Assembly (NCBI RefSeq): GCF_006345805.1
Contig: NC_042997.1
Span: 44,206,001-44,270,000, forward strand
Direction of reading: 5' to 3'
Origin: Octopus sinensis
Taxonomy: Eukaryota
DNA: 64,000 bases
The notes beneath the pieces were generated by a model, which had not been told where the DNA came from, made no database searches, and saw only the letters and a program-made list of their open reading frames with translations. The translations under genes and the position numbers were made by a program. The stretch's first letter is position 1, and each line of letters starts with the position of its first letter. Shown piece by piece: positions 60,943-64,000 of this stretch.

Positions 60943-62488
60943 TGTGGTGGTATCAAAACGTTCCCAGACTAGTTCTGTAGCACGCCAACAGATGGCAGCA
61001 CACGGTTGCATGCACAGCGACAGCTAGCAGTGACCTTCATGAGGCAGTGTGCTGAGTGACTTTGCTGTGTTTACTTCAGAAGTTGTGAAATTTGTGATTT
61101 TGTGATCACGTGTGTCTGCTGTAGTCTGCCATTTTGGCATGACAGAAACAAAGAGCCAATGTGAAATTTTGTGCTAAACTTGGGAAGTCTGCTGCAGAGA
61201 CATTGAGCATGCTTCAGCAAGCTTAAAGCGATGAAACAATGGGCAGTATATAATGTTTCGAGTGGTACAGGTGCTTCAAATGTGGAAGAACATCCCTGGA
61301 AGATGATGACCACTCTGGAAGACCTTCCACAAGCTTCACTCCTAGAAATGTGGAGAAAATTCATGAGCTTGAGCATAAGAATCGTTTGGGGACAATCAAC
61401 AACATTGCTGATGTTGTTGGTCTGAAGGCGGCGAGCTGGCAGAACCATTAGCACGCCGGCCGAAATGCGTAGCCGTATTTCGTCTGCCATTACGTTCTGA
61501 GTTCAAATTCCGCCGAGGTCGACTTTGCCTTTCATCCTTCCGGGGTCAATAAATTAAGTGCCAGTTATGCACTGGGGTCGATGTAATCGACTTAATCCGT
61601 TTGTCTGTCCTTGTTTGTCCCCTATATATTTAGCCCCATGTGGGTAATAAAGAAACAGATGTTGTTGGTCTGTCATATGGGTCTGTGCAGGCAATCCTAA
61701 CACCTGAATGTTTCTGCCAGGTTTGTCCCTTACCTTCTGACCACTGAGCAAAAATAACATTGCATCAAAGTCTGTAAAGATCTCCCTTAGTGTGCTGCAG
61801 ATGACCCATCCTTCATGTTGAGGATCATTACCTGTAATGAGAGTTGGGTCTATGGGTACGACCCTGAGCTGAAGCAGCAGTCATCACAATGGAGAGCCCT
61901 TCATCTCCACAACTGAAGTAGGCTCAACAGAACCACAACTCAAGTAGCAACATGCTCATTGTTTTTTTCCAACATCCATGGTATTGTGCATTGGGAATTC
62001 ATCCCCCAGGGCCAGACTGTCAATCGAGAGTTCTGCTGTGATGTTTTGAAACATTTGAGGGAAGACATTCAGTGAAAGAAACCAGATCTGTGGAGAGTGA
62101 AGAACTGGATTCTTCATGATGACAATATACCCTATCACCAAGCTCTCCTTACTCATAAGTTTTTCACCAAAAACAACATGGTATTGCTTCCACCCACTCC
62201 CCACCTATTTGCCAGATTTAGTACCTGCAGGCTTCCATCCCTTCCCCAAGATAAAAAAGCAGCTCAAGGGTCACTGTTTTAACAGCAGTGTCAAGAGCCA
62301 GAGTGAATCACTGAAGGTCCTTGACTCACTTATGGAAAATGACTTCTAGGCCAAAAGTGGCAGGAATGCTGGGACAGGTGTACTGCTGCACAAGGTGACT
62401 ATTTCGAAGGTGATGATGTTAAATCTTAGGTAAATAAGTTATTTTTTTATTAATCATGTCTAGTCTGGGAACTTTTTGATACATCTCG
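60943..62488 (+). mobile_element. Degraded full-length mariner element
   Basis: TIR GTATCAAAA(A/C)GTTCCCAGACTAG at both ends; IITCNESWVYGYDPELKQQSSQW, WILHDDN and PTYLPDLVP motifs. Confidence 0.8.
61425..61657 (+). mobile_element. SINE family B inserted in the mariner, 15-bp TSD
   Basis: GATGTTGTTGGTCTG at 61410-61424 and 61658-61672. Confidence 0.9.
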
Positions 62489-62500
62489 TACATGCATACA

Positions 62501-62546
<46 letters not shown>

Positions 62547-63627
62547 TAGTTTTTTTTTGTAGTTGTTGTTTAGCCTCAAATCAACAGACTGAGCAGATCT
62601 CCAAGCAAAGACATTCCAACCATAACCATTTCTTCTTTTATACAGACACAGAATACCCTGGACTACTTTAAACAATGTATCCCTTTTGGAGAGTGGGGTT
62701 ACAGAGAAGGTAGTATGTGCTTTGAAAGAAATTTGTGTACTATTTCTAGCAGATTAGGCAACCATGTATAGATGCTCTCATTGATTCATGCAATATTTAG
62801 TAGCTGTTGCTTTAATCTGTTCACTACAACTAAAAGACAGGCGTAGTGGCCAACACCAGCATGAGACGATATGATAAAAAAACTGAAGGGAAAACATGTA
62901 TTTTAGGTTTCTATAAGGAGAGAGTAAAGCATTTCTCATGAATGACTTTTATCAAAACCATCAACCTTTTAGCATTTAAACCTGCCATATCAGGCCCAAA
63001 TATTCAACTTGCTTTATGTTCAAATTGACTAGATCCAACCTCTCACACCTACCCTACAATGACATTATAAATCTGAAAGCTATGGGATTATACAAGATTA
63101 ATACTAAACAATGTAAATACATAAGCATTACAATTGACAGAATAATCTGATTACCAAAGGGTTAAATATATTACTCTTCCTATGAAAAATTAAGCAAAAA
63201 TTCATCTCTGTTAATAGTAATTTCAAATTTTGGCACAAAGCCAGCAATTTCAATTAATTGCATTGACCTGAGTGTTCAACTGATACTTATGTTATTGACC
63301 CTACAAGATGAAAAGCAAGGGTGACCTCGGCAGAATTTGAACTCAGAATGGAAAGAGGGATGAAATGCCATTAAGCATTTTACCAGGCATACTAATGATT
63401 CTGGCATCTCACCACCCTGATCTTTGTTATTAATGACATGTATAATTGAAATGTTACAAAGTTAGAGTAAACCTTCCACTTCTCTTCTTGAGTTGTATTT
63501 GAGTGAGTTTCTAACCCTGGGAGATGTTTCTTAAGTTGGATTCATGGTGAAAATAGCAAATAATTAATACAAAACTTAACCAAGTGTTTTTAAAGTTGTG
63601 TTAGAATTAAGTTGTATAGAAATTACG

Positions 63628-63827
63628 TGCGGGTGGCACGTAAAAAGCACCCACTACACTCACGGAGTGGTTGGCGTTAGGAAGGGCATCCAGCCGTAGA
63701 AACACTGCCAGATCAGACTGGGCCTGATGCAGCCTTCTGGCTTCACAGACCCCAGTTGAACCGTCCAACCCATGCTAGCATGGAAAGCGGACGCTAAATG
63801 GTGATGATGATGATGATGATGATGATG
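63628..63827 (+). mobile_element. RTE LINE 3'UTR copy with (GAT)n tail
   Basis: Starts at a GGTGGCACGTAAAAAGCACC module. Confidence 0.8.
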
Positions 63828-64000
63828 AGAAATATATTAATAATGAAATTTCCAGAGATCTTGCAGAAGCCATAATGATTTGTGCTTATAGATCTAAAAA
63901 TGATAAAGGAAACAGACATTTGTAGCCAAAATTTCCCCCAGTATTTAATGAAATCCCTGTTTCATTTCCCCTGTTTAATGGTATCTTTTTGTTTTTCTAT

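Overview
AT-rich, microsatellite-saturated animal genomic DNA. It is most likely an octopus scaffold, inferred from the SINE families, the IL-17-like gene and the repeat landscape; there is a 100-N gap at 29206-29305. Only two host coding regions are well supported: the main exon of a secreted IL-17-like cystine-knot protein (287-673) and an intronless Rab22/Rab31-type GTPase (17920-18546) whose CC prenylation motif lies 16 residues from the C-terminus. The rest is layered mobile DNA: tRNA-head SINEs that swap heads and tails, RTE LINE 3' ends, non-autonomous Helitrons, mariner remnants, hAT/piggyBac/9-bp-TSD MITEs, one nearly intact IR/DR-type Tc1 element and several Penelope-like element (PLE) fragments. 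The most notable signal, invisible in the ORF track, is a set of five different minimal type I hammerhead ribozyme motifs (3951, 16062, 32098, 39973, 41507). Each has a palindromic or near-palindromic stem III, the form that needs dimerisation. They lie in PLE terminal regions or long fold-back elements, and the 3-8 core positions vary (C-G, U-A, A-U, G.G). All structures were read by eye; none was computed or database-searched.
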